Source of the DNA: a virus
Lineage: Duplodnaviria; Heunggongvirae; Uroviricota; Caudoviricetes
Length of the DNA stretch: 64,000 bases
Direction: 5' to 3' (one strand)
IMG/VR virus record: IMGVR_UViG_2778261164_000001
Location: 20,803 to 84,802 of that record
Under the pieces are notes generated by a model, which saw only the letters and a program-made list of their open reading frames with translations, made no database searches and was not told the origin of the DNA. Both the position numbers and the translations under genes were made by a program. This document shows, in pieces, positions 62,100-64,000 of the stretch; position 1 is the first letter of the stretch; every line of letters starts with the position of its first letter.

Positions 62100-64000
62100 T
62101 TAAACCTGTGCCACGTTATACCATGTTCCATTAATCTGTTTCTGAACCGGCCTGTAATATACACCTCCAATATTATCGGCAGAATTCGAGCCGGTATCCT
62201 GGACTATAATGCCAGTATAAACGCAGCCTGATGGTGCCTGATGCGTCCATGTCGAGGTGTTATTTGCTGGTTTATATGTAGATGCTCCACCAAGTCGCAT
62301 GTCTCTTACATAACGAGAATCAAAGTTACCGTAATCCGAGGGGTTAACACGCCCTGTAATATTTATGGTTTTATTACTTTGAATGCTGCCGGAGACAAAG
62401 CGCATAACATGAACGTTATTAGCATAAACGTCCAGATTACCGTCGCCATTTTGTTTAAAGCCCGTGTCATTATCACCCAAAACAATCGAGTTACCGCCAA
62501 GAGCACTGGATGTTCCGATACCCAATGCACCATTCAATTGACCGCCAGATAATGACAATGCCCCAACCTCAGCAGCAGTCGGTTTAATGTGCGAACTGTA
62601 AATTACATATACAGTTCCATCTGTCAGGCCTGTTGGTTTATTCGCTGTATAAGTTGGTGATGTATGAATTTGTACAGTTGCATCCTTTGTATAATCCCAC
62701 TGGATATTAACACCTGTGGCGTAATTACCTATTTCTACATAAATGTCATAGGTATCACCGGATGTATTCACCCATGCAAAATTAGTAAATCCAACCGAGG
62801 TCCGTCGCCATAATGCACCAGTAATACCTTTTGGATTTCCATTTCCTGCACGCAGAACCAGCTCAGAGATGCCTGCTTGCTGCGGGGAGCCAACGTTATA
62901 CCCTGCGCCACCAATCAGGTTTATGTAAACCACGGAACTGGCTTGTGGCATTGTTACAGTTGCCAGCTTGAACCATCCAGCACCACCACTAAAAGACATT
63001 GTTGTGGAGTTGATCGTGCCTATAGACCGTGGGTTAAGTTCAATATCTTTAGAACCATCAAACGAGACGCCGTTGATAGTACATGCTGTCTGCAACTTGG
63101 TCGCTGTCGCTGCATTACCGGTAGTGTCTTGATTACCTTTTGTATTCACACCAGGCAAATCTATATCGGCTGAACCATCAAAGGATACACCACCTATGTT
63201 TATTGAACTTGCTAATTTCGTTGCTGTTGCTGCATTTCCTGAAAGGCTTGAAACAAACTGATGTGAGCAGTAATAACCACGTCCATTTTTAAAATCCAGA
63301 ATGGTTTGAGTATTTGTACTTTCTGCTACTGGATCTGTGGCCCCCCACTTATAGGTGGCTTGACCAACGGTATAGTCAGTAGTTGGAACAATTACGTTCA
63401 AGCCCTCCTCAGCAAATATCTTGATAGGAAATGCTCTGGCTTCAACGTAAAATACACTACACAAATCGTCATCTTTCACACTTGAAATAATCGAGTGTAT
63501 AGCTCGCTCAGCAGTAGAATATATTGAGAAAAAACCAGCCGCATATGAACCGCGATCAGACCAACCGCCAGGCATAACAAACCCATTAAATTCACAATTA
63601 TTCATGGCGTATCCGCCAGCTGAGGAATAAGTAGTTATCACAACTCGTGAGGCTAATTCATCGGTACTGCCTCCAGATCGGCGAAAGACTATAGGATACC
63701 ACTTACCGCTTACTGCATTTGCAGGCGCTGAAAAAGTGTATTTTCGCATCCCTTTTTTATTGTCTATTTCGCTTTTGCTGTAAACGTCCAGATCTTTAGG
63801 AGTCAACGTAATGTCAGCCGAACCATCGAACCTGACGCCATTAATGTTTATGGCTGTTTTTAATTTCGTCGCGGTGTCGGCGTTCCCTGTCAGCGCCCCG
63901 GTGATCCCGCCGTTGAAAGTCTGGCGCGCACTCCATGTGTTAGCCGTGCTCAACAGGGGGATCTTTTCACCGCTGGTACCGAGTTCTCTTAAACCAAGGT
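62100..64000 (-). CDS. S: tail fibre protein S (variable part Sv plus start of constant part); 5' end outside the window
   Basis: Frame stays open to the window edge; repeated fibre motifs ([17 protein letters not shown]). Confidence 0.85.
   Translation of the reverse strand, partial: LGLRELGTSGEKIPLLSTANTWSARQTFNGGITGALTGNADTATKLKTAININGVRFDGSADITLTPKDLDVYSKSEIDNKKGMRKYTFSAPANAVSGKWYPIVFRRSGGSTDELASRVVITTYSSAGGYAMNNCEFNGFVMPGGWSDRGSYAAGFFSIYSTAERAIHSIISSVKDDDLCSVFYVEARAFPIKIFAEEGLNVIVPTTDYTVGQATYKWGATDPVAESTNTQTILDFKNGRGYYCSHQFVSSLSGNAATATKLASSINIGGVSFDGSADIDLPGVNTKGNQDTTGNAATATKLQTACTINGVSFDGSKDIELNPRSIGTINSTTMSFSGGAGWFKLATVTMPQASSVVYINLIGGAGYNVGSPQQAGISELVLRAGNGNPKGITGALWRRTSVGFTNFAWVNTSGDTYDIYVEIGNYATGVNIQWDYTKDATVQIHTSPTYTANKPTGLTDGTVYVIYSSHIKPTAAEVGALSLSGGQLNGALGIGTSSALGGNSIVLGDNDTGFKQNGDGNLDVYANNVHVMRFVSGSIQSNKTINITGRVNPSDYGNFDSRYVRDMRLGGASTYKPANNTSTWTHQAPSGCVYTGIIVQDTGSNSADNIGGVYYRPVQKQINGTWYNVAQV
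63819..64000. repeat. right inverted repeat of the C segment (cix-containing; continues beyond the window)
   Basis: Reverse complement of 59443-59624 over the compared stretches. Confidence 0.8.

Overview
The window is a ~64 kb stretch of a P1-like temperate myovirus / phage-plasmid (enterobacterial), in the same orientation as cre. Gene names below are assigned from motif recognition and recalled P1 gene order, not from any database search. Left to right: the 3' end of a Dam-like methyltransferase gene; a tRNA cluster (Asn, Thr, a tRNA-Ser-like element, Ile2) with plp and the DnaB-like helicase ban; a leftward block of virion-like genes including a gpV-type baseplate spike; a long rightward operon of small accessory genes studded with C1-operator-like sites (lambda-type protein phosphatase, HAD phosphatase, VRR-NUC, Ea22-like paralogs); a LexA box with humD; phd-doc; lpa-pacA-pacB with the GATC-rich pac site; c1 and coi; loxP and cre; cra-ref-mat; darB-ulx-lxc; portal and protease; lysozyme; ssb; the ddrB-ddrA-darA-hdf-lydB-lydA operon; cin and the invertible tail-fibre C segment. 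The strongest candidate for an undescribed system is a single AT-rich gene for a 316-aa PIN-like protein sitting where P1 carries its EcoP1I res-mod genes (between mat and lxc). Other departures from canonical P1 as I recall it: no IS1, extra tRNA-like elements, a DUF2829 (Tad2-like) domain protein next to ssb, and an SOS-box-associated leftward gene pair beside a ~1 kb AT-rich non-coding stretch.
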